Source: Octopus sinensis (Eukaryota). Taken from it: a DNA stretch of 64,000 nt. The notes below the pieces were generated by a model, which worked only from the letters and a program-made list of their open reading frames with translations, was not told the DNA's origin and made no database searches. The first letter of the stretch is position 1. Each line of letters starts with the position of its first letter. The stretch is from positions 41,971 to 105,970 of the forward strand of contig NW_021832609.1 of NCBI RefSeq assembly GCF_006345805.1, in the 5' to 3' direction. Position numbers and translations under genes: made by a program. Positions 36,080 to 49,764 of this stretch are shown here, in pieces.

Positions 36080-36850
36080 AATACTCCAACTATCCAAACT
36101 TCAGTGCCCAAACAACTGACAATAAACAACCATTACCAAGAAAATTTGCTCTCATCATCCCCACATCAGAATCGCACTGTAAACTCCCCTGACAGTTGCT
36201 GCAAAATCTACCAAACCAGAAAATCTCAGGGGGAGAGAGAGATGTTTTGGTACAGAAAGCACATGTTCTATAGGAAAACCCATGAAAAAAACTGTTCAAA
36301 GGAACAATTAACACTGAAATTAATGTACTAGATTGACAGAAGCTGCACATACAACACTAGTTGCAAACACGAGGAGGCATTATGACCAAAAACTACAACT
36401 CATGGCATACTTGAAGGTTATATATGAATTATATACAGTTTCTTGAATGCATTCCTCCACGTCCACTTTGGAATAAGCAATATGGTGGCTGAAGAGTAGG
36501 CAAGAGAAAGAAAGGACTTAGGCTGGGATGAATAGCTTCTTATAACCTTCCTAAGGTAACAAAACAGCATTGCTAAAACTTATTGACTGTATGGTTAGAC
36601 TCTAAGAAGTTTGATTCTGCTTATTACTTATGGATAAGAGAGTCACCTCATTCTGTTGAGGTTCTAAATGATATATTCATTGTTATTAAGGGACTGACAA
36701 CATCATGGTCCACAAGAACTATCAATAAGAACTGGAGCTACCACTATAGTCACTAACAAAGTTATATTATCTACAGGAATATTTCAGGGTGACAGCTCAT
36801 CTGTAATGCTTTTCATCCTAACAGCGAACCATTTGTCAGCCTTTAAAGGA
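36080..36850 (+). mobile_element. R4/Dong-like LINE RT fragment
   Basis: LLTVWLDSKKFDS and GIFQGDSSSVMLFIL. Confidence 0.65.
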
Positions 36851-37025
36851 TTACATGATAGGATCTGCACCCACATCTTTTTTGTTTATAACCTTACTAC
36901 TACTACTACTACTACTTCCAATTATTTTTCTGCAAAGCATGTAATTACTTTCAAAATTACCAAGCATCAAATAACTGTTTAAGAGATCAGGATCTCGTGT
37001 GCATTTTTATTCTTTCATTTTGTAG

Positions 37026-37088
37026 GTTACCAATGAAGGTCTATGTTCTACAGATGAACAAAAGGAACCTAGAAGCTTCCAGAACTGA
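37026..37088 (+). CDS. Candidate terminal coding exon of host gene
   Basis: Strong acceptor tttttattctttcattttgtAG. Phase 1 gives xYQ*, phase 0 gives VTNEGLCSTDEQKEPRSFQN*. Followed by AT-rich sequence with AATAAA at ~38017 and ~38068. Confidence 0.4.
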   Translation, partial: VTNEGLCSTDEQKEPRSFQN

Positions 37089-38334
37089 ATGAAACCTTGT
37101 GAGCAAGCAATCAGTCTCTTTGTCATCATTTCATGGACACTTTTGCAAGCACTGAAGATTTGAACTAAATATCTGATACTACCATAAATTATTGATTTCT
37201 GTTATATGCTATAACTGCTTTGTTTTTGTATTATAATTCATGACAATTTCTTGATTTATCTTCAGTCTTTATAAATGTCTATCTATAACTAAACATTTGC
37301 ATCAATGAAGTAAACCCAGTTAAATTTCAGTATTTCTTTCCTCTTATATGAGTCATCATCATTTAAACACAGTATGAATATTTAGCAACATAGTTATAAA
37401 TATCATTGATTTTGGAACATATTTTAGAATAATCTCCTGAAAAAAAATTAAGAATTTGAATTCATGCCAATTTTCTACAAATGACCAGCAATTATGATTG
37501 GGCTTTTTCCACATTAAACATATTCTTGAAACCATTTACAACTTCATGATTAAAATTTGTGATGTTCACTTTACAAAAGTTCATTATATACTTTGTTAGT
37601 TTACTGCATTGAAATCAGCGTATTCAGATTTCATTCTGTCACATTTATACATACATAAATTCAGAATTATAATCCTTGATATTATCAAGTTTTAAATTCA
37701 ATTTTTTCAGCCCTTTTAAATCCAAGGTCATTTTTTTAAATACTAAAATTATGTGTACTAGAATTCATTTTCTTCTTGGTGATTGTGAAGCTATGTGTTT
37801 TTTATACCCACATTTAACCATTCTTTCTATAAAGAAATACTTCACCTTATATGCTATACCATTGTAATATATTTACTAAAAGGAAAAAGATCACTGTACA
37901 TATATGGAATTCTTCCAACAATAATGCATGTTAGAGATGTTCCAATGTTAAGTTTGTCATTGCTTGTGAACAGTTATCACATTGTTCCTGCAAAAGTGCT
38001 TGATTATTCTTGTCTTAAATAAATACCTTGAAGTATTTAATTTCTTACCAATTCTATTTTTCTATTCAAATAAATATGGATTATTGCGCATTTTAATTAG
38101 TAATTTTATCACTATTTCAGCAAGTACTATCAAGGCTAGTCTTTGCTAATAAGGTCATAATAAAGCCAAAATATATTCAGAGCTGATAAAAATATCAAAA
38201 TATTATCATTAATTAATATCATGATGTTTTTAGCTGCTTATTTATTTCTAGTTTATTTTCTAACTCTCCATGCTTTAAATATGTTATAACTAGCTTTGCT
38301 TTGTTTTCTACCTAAAAACTATCTCACAGACATC

Positions 38335-39075
38335 AAGCTAAATTAAGAGAAGTTAATAGAAGTCAAACGCACTTATGAACAAGACAGGAGAAAATGAAGA
38401 AGTAACAATTGAGAAAATGAAAACAAAAGAGTGAAAAAATGAGTGTGTGAAAAGGTGAGTATTTAATAGATTACATAAACATCAAAACACTTAAAAAAGA
38501 TAGACCAGCAGAAAATTATGTATCTTACAACAAATACAAATTTAGAATTTTAAATCTATATCCTAGTTTAAGCCTGTTTTTTGTGTGTATGCACTCGCAC
38601 AACACACACACACACAGAAGAAGAACTGACAAAATTACCAAATTATAAGTCAATTTGCTTCCAATTAGCTTCATATCCTAAGACAGACAAAGATTTGTTC
38701 CTTTTTTTTTAATAATTACATAAGAATGTAAACTGGCTTTTCAAGAACAGTTAATTTCCTTTGTTATAATTAGTCAATTCCCTTTTTTTTTCTCTCTCTC
38801 TCTGTCTCTGTGCATGTGTGTATGTGTATGTAAACAGGCTTAAACTAAGGTATAAATTGAAAATACTAAATTTGCATTTTTTGTAAGATACATAATTTTC
38901 TTCTGGTTTATCTCTTCAGGCGTTTTAAGGTTTATGTAATCTATTAAAAACTCTTACCCTTTCACCCTGTCTCATTTTCTTATCTTTTCATTTTCATTTT
39001 CTTCATTGTTACTTTTCATTTTCTCATGTGTTGTTCATAAATGCTTTTGACTTCTATTAATTTCTCTTATTTAGC
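38335..39075. repeat. Degenerate foldback, ~270-bp arms
   Basis: AATAGAAGTCAAA..TTAATAGATTACATAAAC..GAAAATTATGTATCTTACAA..TTTAAGCCTGTTT is mirrored at 38800-39075. Confidence 0.8.
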
Positions 39076-40720
39076 TTAGTGTCCCCTGTTTTTATTTTGA
39101 TACAATACTTCATTCTGCTCTTTTACCTTCCCAACTTCTCCTACTAATGGCATTACCCAGTTGTCTTTCTATACTAGAACATAATTTTTCAGTATGAGTT
39201 TTCAGTTCATATTATAATCTATTTTGTATTGATTTCTCTGCTAGAAAATGACATTTTTTCCTTCAATTTTATGTACATTTTTTCATGCAGTGTTATGAGC
39301 CTTACTCATTGATATAACACAATGTCTGCAGTAAGATTTGAATTCATGACAAAGTGTTCACTACTTCAGTACTTTTACTTTTATATCTACTTTTCTTAAC
39401 CTAATTTTGCTAAACGCTTTTATTATCGCTATAATTTTAACTCAGTAAATAAAGATGAATTATAGTTTCTTCAAGTATTATTTTATCTTTCTATTAACCA
39501 TTTCAGTAGAATTTGATTTAACTTTCTTCTAAGAAGCAAGAACATTCAAATCCAAATTGTTAGAATGTGTATTTGTAAAAGAAATCGAACTTATAGTTTT
39601 ATTCTGATAAAATTACTTCACTCTTTTTTACATAGGTAAATTGCATGTGCAAATATTTATTCAGATCCAGTATTATTCCTCTTATATCTTACTACAAAAT
39701 GAATAAATAAATTGTTATAAGAATGAAATTGTTTTTGTGCTTTAGTTGGATGAAAGGGTGTGTTCCTGGCCTGTGTAGACTCTCAAAAGTAGTAAATTGA
39801 TGAGTTTATATGCAGCTTGTACATCAGTATGTCAATATATACAGATAGACAGGCATGAAAGAAATTCCAGAGTGTTGACTTTCTAAGGAAGGAGTGGGTA
39901 TAGTTAATGCAATGTGACACAATATGGGTGGCAAGAAGAGGAGCAACTCTTTAAGGTTGGCTTAGAAAGAGGATGGTATGTAACTAGCTATGTCAGAGAG
40001 CAGAGATTCTATTCTAGTAGTTTTAGAAGAAGCAGTGAGAAGAGACATGTTTATAAACAAAAGGTTGTTAAGAGCAAATTGGTGAACGAATTTTGCTAAT
40101 AATTTGGAAGATCTTCTGGATATAATCCTAGGATGCGTGTGTAGCAGTACTTTTTCACATGTGGTAACAAGTAAGGGAATGAAGTATACCAAGTTAGAGC
40201 CAAATTTCATGTGTAAGAGTCACAAAATCATCAATAGATAAAGCCATGCCAAATTATTTGTTTAAACCAGTGTTTCTCAACCAGGGGCCATGTAGCCCCT
40301 AAGTGTCCATATAAGATTTTCGGGAGATCCATGCAACAAAATAGTAAACAGGGGATCCACAAAAGTATTTGAAGGGACCCTGAAAACTTTGTTTTAGATA
40401 TATGTATTGGTATGTATTTCAAGAAACAGCTAAGTTTAAACTTTAAACAAATAATTTCGTGTGGGTTTGTCTGTTGATAGTTTTATGACCCTTGCATAAA
40501 TGTATTCTGGCTATGCCTCAGTATACTTCAATCTCTTCTTGTTGCAAAATGGAAGGGTTAACACAGTTTAAACATCTTGGTATTTTTCCTGAATCAAACT
40601 TCAAATTTTTCATTTTTAATTCACTTGAGAACAATTTTTTTTGTGTGTGATTGGTTTATTCATCAATAAAAGACACACCTGAAACAGCTGTATTGAACCT
40701 TAACCTATTTGATTTCTTAT

Positions 40721-40775
<55 letters not shown>

Positions 40776-40803
40776 CAATATATATATACATATTATTAAT
40801 ATA

Positions 40804-40867
<64 letters not shown>

Positions 40868-40929
40868 CATATATACATATATATGTTATATAATATATAT
40901 GTATATATATTATACATACATATATATAT

Positions 40930-40974
<45 letters not shown>

Positions 40975-40975
<1 letters not shown>

Positions 40976-42372
40976 CCTACATATATGGAAAATCGGTATG
41001 TGTTTGTTTGTGGCAATGTTAGCTAACTCCTCCTACATCGTTTTATTGATTTTATGAAACTTGACAAGTGAGTAGAATTTATGTCTGGAAATCTCATGAC
41101 ATACTTAGATTGTTGAAAAAATGGTAATACGGCTCCTAGAAGGGAACTTTATATCTACCTTATATAACTAAATTTTTTGAAACACCCAAGGGAAATGACC
41201 CATAGCACCTGCACAATGTCTTGTATAAACACTCAAGGAAAATAACCCATTTTATTGTTTTGTTCAATTACTTTGAATATTGAGTTCTTGTGTGTCCAAC
41301 TTCTAATTTTGGCAGACAATATCACTTTTATACTTTATTCCATACGTGAGTAGAACTCATTTCTGGAAACCTGGTGACATACTTAGATTGTTGAAAAATA
41401 TTGATAATAGGATCCTTCTATCTACTACATTATACTATATTTTAGTTAAACAACCCAAGGAAATAACCCATACCACCTGCAGTTTTTAGCAAAGCGATCA
41501 ATATTTGATTCTCACAATCAGCCGACCTAATTCTGCATTTCACTACTCACAATTTTGAACTGCTAAACATTATTATTGCACTTCCTTAATTTAATCTTAA
41601 ACCTTAAAGACTTCATTCATGCATTTCTATACATGCATACTTTTTTGAATGCCCATTACTCTTGATAATTCTGCATTTTTACAGTTACACTTTTTCCAGG
41701 AGAGTAGATAAATTTTTATTCCACAACATATTTGTAGTGGCAATTCTCGATTGCCAAATTTCACTTAACACTTCAAAAGCACTTTTCTCACGGTAAAACA
41801 ATAGTTTTTCTGTGAATGACAGCAGTTATACATTTCCCAGATGCCTTGACCCTTCTAACCTCTTCTAGGCCACCAAGGGCTGGAATGGAGATAACAGACC
41901 TCCAACGAAATCATTTATTCTCAATAATATACCTATCCTTCTGGTTGCTTTTCTTATAAAAACAAGAACTTCATAAGCTAAAGGTAGTTACTAAGAGCAA
42001 TCATGTGTGAATGTGAACATTATCATTGCACTTTCTTCAAACAAACAATGAAATCATTTGTTCTCAACAGTGTGTCTGTCCTTGTGGCTGTTTTGCAATA
42101 GTTATAAAAACGAGAACTCCGTAAGCTAAAGGCAGTTACTGAGAGCAACCATTGGTGATTGTGAACATTATCATTGCACTTTCTTCAAACACTTCATTCA
42201 TATGTTTGTATACATAAAATCTCTCCCCCATCCAGCTGAGTTTTTTGTACATTTTCATGGTGGAAAGTATACCTTTTGTGGCAGTTATAACGAAAGTGCT
42301 TCTTATATCAGAGTAATAAGGCGTTTCAATAGAACATCTGTAACCCCTGGTATTACCGCGTATGCCACCTAG
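40975..42372 (+). mobile_element. Non-autonomous Helitron-like element with internal tandem repeats
   Basis: A|TC start and ..GGTATTACCGCGTATGCCACCTAG|T end. Internal duplications at ~41070-41240/41345-41480 and ~41905-42045/42047-42190. Confidence 0.5.
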
Positions 42373-42438
42373 TATATACGTATGTATATAAAGATACTCA
42401 TGTATGTATATGTGTATATATGTATATGTGTATATATA

Positions 42439-42512
<74 letters not shown>

Positions 42513-42964
42513 AAAAATTTGCCAATATTCTGCATCATGAGGACCTAGGACTTGAGGTATTTCATATTGTAAGACAGTGTGTGAGAGAGAATCGTGATGT
42601 CATAGGAGACAAAGGTGTCTGCATGGATGGTGGCTCACTTGTATTCAATAATGCTGCAAAGAGAGAGAGTGGAGAAGCCACTATGAAAGGGAGAAAAAGA
42701 GTCTGCCAAATGCCAATCCAAAAGATGGACCAGTTATTGAAACTGACAGTACTTTGGTAGATAAAGCAATTAAGGGTATGAAAACAGGGACTCCGACGAC
42801 TCCGAGTCTGCTGCCCTAACCAGCGGGCCATTGCACCTCCACACATGCACACACACACACATATATATATATATACATATAGACTTATATATTTATATCT
42901 ATATATATATATATAAAAGAGGAAAGTTTGTACTCCGCAAAAATATATGTATAAAAAATATATA

Positions 42965-43263
42965 AAACATTCAAAACCGGATCATCCTTGCAATTTCAGC
43001 TGATTAATCTTGAGATTGCTCCGATCTGGCCAGCCCCAAGGAAAAACTAAGCTACAAGCATTAGATTTCTTAGAAAAAGGATCGAATGTATACGGAACAA
43101 GGACAGAAAAATGGACGATGTTACACGAAAATAAGTACAAAAAACAAAAAGTAATACGAATTTGCGAGGATGATCCGGTTCTTAACTGAAGATTAGAGGC
43201 TTCGAATGACCCATCCGTTTTCGTATTGTCTATTTGAATGTTTTGCGTTCTTGTCCTATTTTA

Positions 43264-43265
<2 letters not shown>
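42965..43265. repeat. PLE-related fragment with short inverted repeat
   Basis: AACCGGATCATCCTTGCAA (~42976) mirrored by TTGCGAGGATGATCCGGTT (~43163). CTGAAGA follows, but no complete hammerhead. Confidence 0.4.
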
Positions 43266-43316
<51 letters not shown>

Positions 43317-43959
43317 TTTTACTTGTCACAGTCATTGAACTGGAGCCATGATAAGGCACCATTTTGAGGGGTCTGGTTGAACAAATTACCCCAGTAGTTA
43401 TGTCTTGTCAGATACTTGTTCTAGCAATCTTTTTTTACCAAACTGAGAATGTAGGCAAACCAACTCTGGTGATCAAGCAGTGTGAGGACGGACAAACATA
43501 AACATGAACACACACACACAACACACACATGCAACAGGATTCCAGCCAGTTTTCGTCAATCAAATTTATTCACTAATCATCGGTTGATCTCGGATTACAA
43601 TGGAAGACACATATGCAAAGTGCTGCACAGTTCATAGATGTTTATACATCTTTATACAGAGTTGATGTATAAACATCATATAATATATCCTTGGTATTTA
43701 AGGGCTTAATTATAAAAAAAAAAACATCATTAAACTTCACAAGTTTATTGTAATAAATAAATATGTAAGGAATATACTTGTTTGCTTACACAAAATTGAC
43801 TAAAATGATGGTTGAGAGTGACATATTTTCAGCATATCATATGTATGTATATGTATGTATGTATGTATGTATATATGCATGTATGTATGTATGCTTGCAT
43901 GCATGTATGCATGTATGAAAGCATGCATGCATGCATGTATCTGTGAGTGCATGTGCATA

Positions 43960-45333
43960 TTTGTGTGTATGATTATCATTTTCAAGGCACTTTTTCCAAG
44001 TTTCTTGGCTTTATGGACTAGATGGAATTCCTTGAGATTTTCTATGGGTGGATACATAGAAGATACATGCCCTTATGGCAGCCAGACAGTGAACATGTAC
44101 ATTCTATCTTCCCTAACTCTAACGATGAAAACTGCAAGCATCTTGGAATCCATGGGAATGTTGCACACATTGCATACGGAATAACAAAAGAGTTCTTCGG
44201 CAGGCTTCAGAAAATATGGAACTGAGAGCTGTCTGCATTTAGCAAGATCATATCTCACCATGCCTATACAGTGATAGTGTTAATACTAACATTTGAGATA
44301 CTGAACCGGAAACTTTACAAGATGCAACCAGGACATCTAAACTAGAAAGGTACTGACCATCACTGTTAACTTCCTCAGTAGCAGTGACACACATAGGATC
44401 TATGTGGGACAAAAAATGTTGGTAGATGGATAATGTCAGTACAAACAGCCTTTGAATGTCACAGACAACATCTGCTGAATGGTAAAGAAAGAAATGGATA
44501 CACTCCATGCATACTCAAAAGTTAAAGAATCTTCAGTGCTGGAGAGAAACTGTGCAGCTACTCTGAGAATATTACTGTCTCATGCAACCAAAGATTGGAC
44601 TGACTATCTAAACAGAAGCTTGGAGGTGAAGTAGGCATCATACTAGCAAACCAATGCATGAGTACATAAAACTAGAGGATAACAGCAATAACATTAACAG
44701 TGACCTCTCTTGGACCTGTGATTTGATATATTACATACCACCTGGAAGGGTATGCATTAGCTATTGAGGAACCTGCTAAAAGAGAGACAAAAATACCACC
44801 AAATTTCTGTGTCCTGAGAGAAAATGTTGGCTTTGCTATACGAGTGTTGAAAATTTTACCTATATCAGCAGCAGCTACCCCAAAATATCTACGAAATATT
44901 ACCTACCTTTGAGGTATGATATCGTGGCAAAGACTATTTACAATGCTACCTCTAGGAAGGATTGTCCGACATATACATCAAAGGCATGTCAGAACCAGTA
45001 TGTATTCACGCCTTTAAAAACAAAGAATACTGGTGGAAAGCTCCAATAGAAACTGCAGTTCGGTGCAGACATAATAGACCTAGTGTGACAGGGAACAAAT
45101 GTCATGTCCTGCTGTAGAGATAACTTACCCAGCAGACGTAAATTTAGATCAAAAGTTCGGGGAAAAGTTAACATTTATGGTGTATTAAAGCAGAACTTAC
45201 AGCTCTTGTACACTATGAATTTCCGTTTATACCTGTTACCATAGGTGCATTAGGTTATGTACCTGCAAATTTACACAAAAACCTAAAAATACTAAGTTTC
45301 TTTTTTTCGGAATGAGCAAAGGAAAGTGACATG
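43960..45333 (+). mobile_element. R4/Dong-like LINE 3' part (RT C-terminus, CCHC, RLE); continues at 51169-51250
   Basis: C.LCYTSVEN, YWWKAPIETAVRCRHNRP, EITYPADVNL, IPVTIGALGYVP. The frame continues across the LTR element: EQRKVT|WIL..CTVKIYKTF. Confidence 0.75.
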
Positions 45334-45880
45334 TGTAGTGAATGTGTGTATGTATAAATAAATACATAAATTGTTTCATGATTAAAAAGGAATTTATTTA
45401 CATGGATTATAAATACACTACATACAAATGTAAGCAAATGCTACACATTGCTTGTATAGAGCACATATTAAAGATGAATATGTTTGTGTGTGTGGGTGTG
45501 TGCATGAATCATTCGAAACAGTAGCCTGTAGGCATTTCTCTGTCGTCTCCAAAACGCGGGGCGAGATACATCTGTCTGCTGGTGTGTCAGCTGCGATTGT
45601 GTTTCTTTCTCTGTTTTTCCCTTGTATTTATAATATTTGAAACAGCTAGAAAGATAGACATACTGCAACAGAGTTACTACTTAAGTAGGTCAGCGCTTGT
45701 CCAGTTGAACTTCGCCCGACATGGCTGAGGTCGCAGGTCAAAGGGAGATGATCAATCACTTTTGACAGAACAAAGAGATCTTTAAATTTCGCGCCTATAC
45801 ATGCATTGGTTTTTGACGACCGATGATTCTTGGATTCGATTTCGAATCTAGGCTTAAAGAAGGAAGTGCTAACTCTTACA
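45334..45880 (-). repeat. 3' LTR (547 bp)
   Basis: Preceded on the minus strand by PPT AGAAGGGGGTAG (45881-45892); about 97% identical by eye to 50624-51168. Confidence 0.95.
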
Positions 45881-46473
45881 CTACCCCCCTTCTAGTGAGA
45901 AAGCCACAGAGATCGAACGATATTGGAAATGTTATTTTTTGTGTGTATGCAGAAAAATTTTACACATTGTAACAGACAAATGAACAATAAAAATATGAAT
46001 CAAAGGTTTACTGTTTGTATGTGCTATATGGTGGGCAATATGTATATGTGCCCAGGCAGAAATATGTTGGCGCCGTTGAAAGAGATGTGCGTCTATTGAT
46101 TACTCGACCCACTAGAGGTCTAATAGAGGCAAGGTGTCTTTCAGTGGCGAAAAAGATCGAGTGGTAGCACACATGAGAATATGACTTGCAAATGTTGTGA
46201 ACATACAGTTAGCAAAATATATTTACAAGAAGGCAAAACATTTTAAAGAGAAAACAAAAATATGTACATGCAAAAATGAAAGAAATGTTCATCGGCAAAG
46301 TTCGATTGTGAAATGTTCCGTAAATGTTCATACAGATAGTTCTTCGTTGATGTGGAACAACGTTTCTGTTTTCATTTTTTTCCTCCTTATGTACACGAAT
46401 GTTCCTTGACTTCTCTGGGCTTGTATGCGGGTGATGCAGTTATGTGAGTTATGTGTTGATGTATGTAGTTCAT

Positions 46474-49400
46474 TTAGGAAGATGGACAAGTTAAAAGTTC
46501 GGAACCTACCCGAAAAACTTGCACAAACCTTGCTGGCCATCGAACTGTTCTTCCTGATTTGGTGTGTCGGGGTTGTGCAGAATCTGTGGTGTTTGCTGGA
46601 GTTGTTGAGTCTTTTCGAGGAAAGGAGGGAACTGGATGTAAGTCCTCCTCGATGAAGGCTTTTTTTAAACGATCAATCGAGACTGTAATTCGTTTGCCTC
46701 CAATATCGAGGACGAGATACTTGGGTTCTCTTTTGATAACCTTGTAGGGCGGAATATGGTGGCCGAAGTTGAGATGGTATCCCATCATTCCTCACGAAAA
46801 CATGAGTCTAAGTGTTGATATCTTTTGGGACTCGTGAAACGACGTTCCGTAGTCTGGGGCCTGAGGTGTGATAACTGCGACATGGATGCCCGTAATCGGT
46901 GCACATATTGTTGTGGGTCAGGAAAGTCTTGTGAAACAGTTTCGATCATCTGCCCAGGTAAGGTGAGTGCTGTGCCATAAACGAGTTCAGCCGGAGTATA
47001 TCCCAGTTCTTCCTTAACCGTGGATCGAATTCCAAGGAGGATGAGAGGGAGATGTTCCAACCAGTGAGAACTGTCTGGAGCTGCTTTGATAGATACTTTG
47101 AGTTGGCGGTGAAAGCGTTCGACCATGCCATTTGCTGCAGGGTGGTAAGCCGTAGTGCGGGTGTGTTTACACCCGAGGAGACGAGTCAGCTCGGTGAAAA
47201 GGTGGGAATCGAACTGACGTCCTCTGTCGGTGGTGATTTTGCGGGTGTGCCAAAATGCGAAACCCATTGTGATATCAGCGTTTTGGCGACCGTTTCTGCT
47301 GATATATCAGATAAGGGCCAGGCTTCGGGCCATCGCGAAAAACGATCTACGCAGGTAAGCAAATATGAATAGTTCTGCGAAGGTGGCAGGGGTCCGACGA
47401 TATCAATGTGAACGTGCTGAAATCGTGCGTCGGGTTGCGAAAATGAACCGATTGGTGATTTTATGTGCCGGTGGATTTTCGCTTTTTGGCACGCAACACA
47501 ACACTTGGTCCATTCTCTGATATCCTTGTTGATACTGGTCCACACAAAACGGGTCGATATCAGCTTTTGAGTGGAGCGAATACCAGGATGTGACAGAGAA
47601 TGCAGAGCGGAGAAAACTTCTCGACGATGTTTCTGTGGTACATAAGGGCGTTGGTAACGAGTGGAGATATCACACCAAATATTGGCTGTGGATGATGGTA
47701 GCGGAACATGCTGAAATTTCAGAGATGACGAATTCCGGAGCTTTAGAAGTTCTTCGTCATTCTCCTGGTCAGCTACTATACGTGCCAGATTAATTGTAGA
47801 AGTGGTGTGGATAGCATTGATCTGCGTGCGTGAAAGTGCATCGGCTGCTAAGTTGGTCGTCCCTTTGATGTGGCGTATGTCCGTCGTGTACTGCGATATG
47901 AAGTCGAGGTGGCGGATTTCTCTCGGCGAGTGGCGATCCGGCTTGGTGTTAAATGCATATACTAATGGCTATATACTAATGGTCGGTGTATATGGCAAAA
48001 CTGGTACCTTCTAGCATGTGACGGAAATGCTTAACGGCCAGGTATGCCGCTAATAATTCCCGACTGAATGTGCTGTATTTGGTTTCCGCGGGTTTTAACC
48101 GCTTAGAAAGAAAGACAACGGTTGCCATATACCGTCAACAAGCTGCTGTAGTACACCTCCAACTCCGGAATCGGATGCATTAACGAGTAAACATCGTGGG
48201 GCGTCTGGTTTTGGATAAATCAACATGGTAGCGTTGGATAACGCTTTTTTCAGGGCAGCGAAAGAAGCGAGTTGATCTTCGGTCAGAGCTATATCTGCAT
48301 TTTTGCAAGTTCGCTGACGTAGCAAATCCGTGAGCGGTTGCGCTATCTCAGCGAGAGGTGGGGTACGAACCGTCGATAGAAATTCGCTAGACCGAGATAT
48401 TCCTTTAATTTGCGGACAGATGTAGGTGGTGGAAAATCCACGATGGCCTTGACTTTCTCGGGAAGGGGACGAATTCCATCCTTATCGACGATGTGCTCGA
48501 GAAAATGAAGGGAAGCAACTCCGAACAAACATTTAGTAGGGTTGATAACAACACCAAATTGACGGAGGCGTTCGAATAGTAGGTGAAGGTGTTGGTTATG
48601 TTCTTCGTCCGAGTTACTGGCCACGAGTATGTCGTCTATGTAGGCATAGACGAAAGGCAAACCTCTAGTCACCATGTCGATAAACCTTTGGAATGTCTGT
48701 GCCGCGTTGCGTAAACCGAAAGGCATACGCAGGAATTCAAACATTCCGAAAGGTGTAGTAACTGCTGTCTTTGAGATGTCCGCAGGTTCCACTGGGATTT
48801 GGTTGTATGCTCGCACCAGGTCGATTTTTGAAAAGATGCGAGCTCCATGCAGCGAGCTCAAAAAGTCTTGAAGAAAAGGCACCGGATAGGCATCACTGAT
48901 AGTGTTTTTATTCAGCGATCGATAATCGCCGCAAACCCGCCAATCGGTCGATGATTTTTTTGGGACGCAGTGTATCGGCGAGGGCCAGTTGCTGCTGGAA
49001 AGGCGGATGATTCCGAGGTCGAGCATGTGCTGGAATTCCCGCTTGACGGCCTGGAGACGATCAGGTGGTAACCTTCTGGACCTTGCAGCAACAGGTGGAC
49101 CGCTGGTTTTGATGTGGTGGGTAACGTCGTGTTTAATCGGCTGGTTGTGGAATACTGGTCGAGCGACGTCCGGATATTCCTTCAGGATGGAACTGTGACG
49201 AGTCGTTGTTGTAAGCAATACAGTTGGGCTGACTGTAGCCATACGAGCGGCTATACCGCGCACAGTAAGCTTGGTGGTGCTGTCGACAAGTCGTCTGTTC
49301 TTTATGTCTACCAGGAGACCGAAATGATGCAGGAAATCGGCTCCTAAGATAGGGGTCGGCAGTTTAGCGACGACGAATACCCACTGAAAAGTGCGGCGTA

Positions 49401-49764
49401 GTCCTACGTTCAGGATAGGGACTGTTCACCGTAGGTTGGGATGGGTGAATGGTTGACTGCCTGAAGACAGACTGATGTCTTTTCTTTTTTTTCCAGAAGT
49501 GTTGGAGACAGGGATGATGCTGACTTCCGCACCGGTGTCAACCAGGAAACGCGTGCCTGTTACCCGATCGCAAACGAAAAACAGGCGACTGTGTGGGTGC
49601 GAGCCAGGAACTTCCGTCGCGTTCAATTCCTGGCTGTGCCGTTTCCCGAACTGGGTGAGGAAAATGAGCACGGTACCGTACATTTTTGTGCTGTGTTCCG
49701 AATGTTCGGTGGTACCAAACGTGTGAGTTGCGGGTAACACTGGGACCTCGAGACCGTCTGCCAT
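46474..49764 (-). pseudogene. Gypsy pol (protease, RT, RNase H, integrase), frameshifted
   Basis: RFLVDTGAEVS; [50 protein letters not shown]; LLVNASDSGVGGVL; [27 protein letters not shown]. Confidence 0.95.

Noticed and set aside
39291-39330. 40-nt exon candidate with good splice sites
   Set aside because: Stops in all three phases.
40651-41016. IY/YI-repeat ORFs here and at ~10820, ~19850, ~42136
   Set aside because: Translations of TA/CA microsatellites.
43170-43215. Hammerhead at CTGAAGA
   Set aside because: No stem II, GAAA or stem III geometry could be built.
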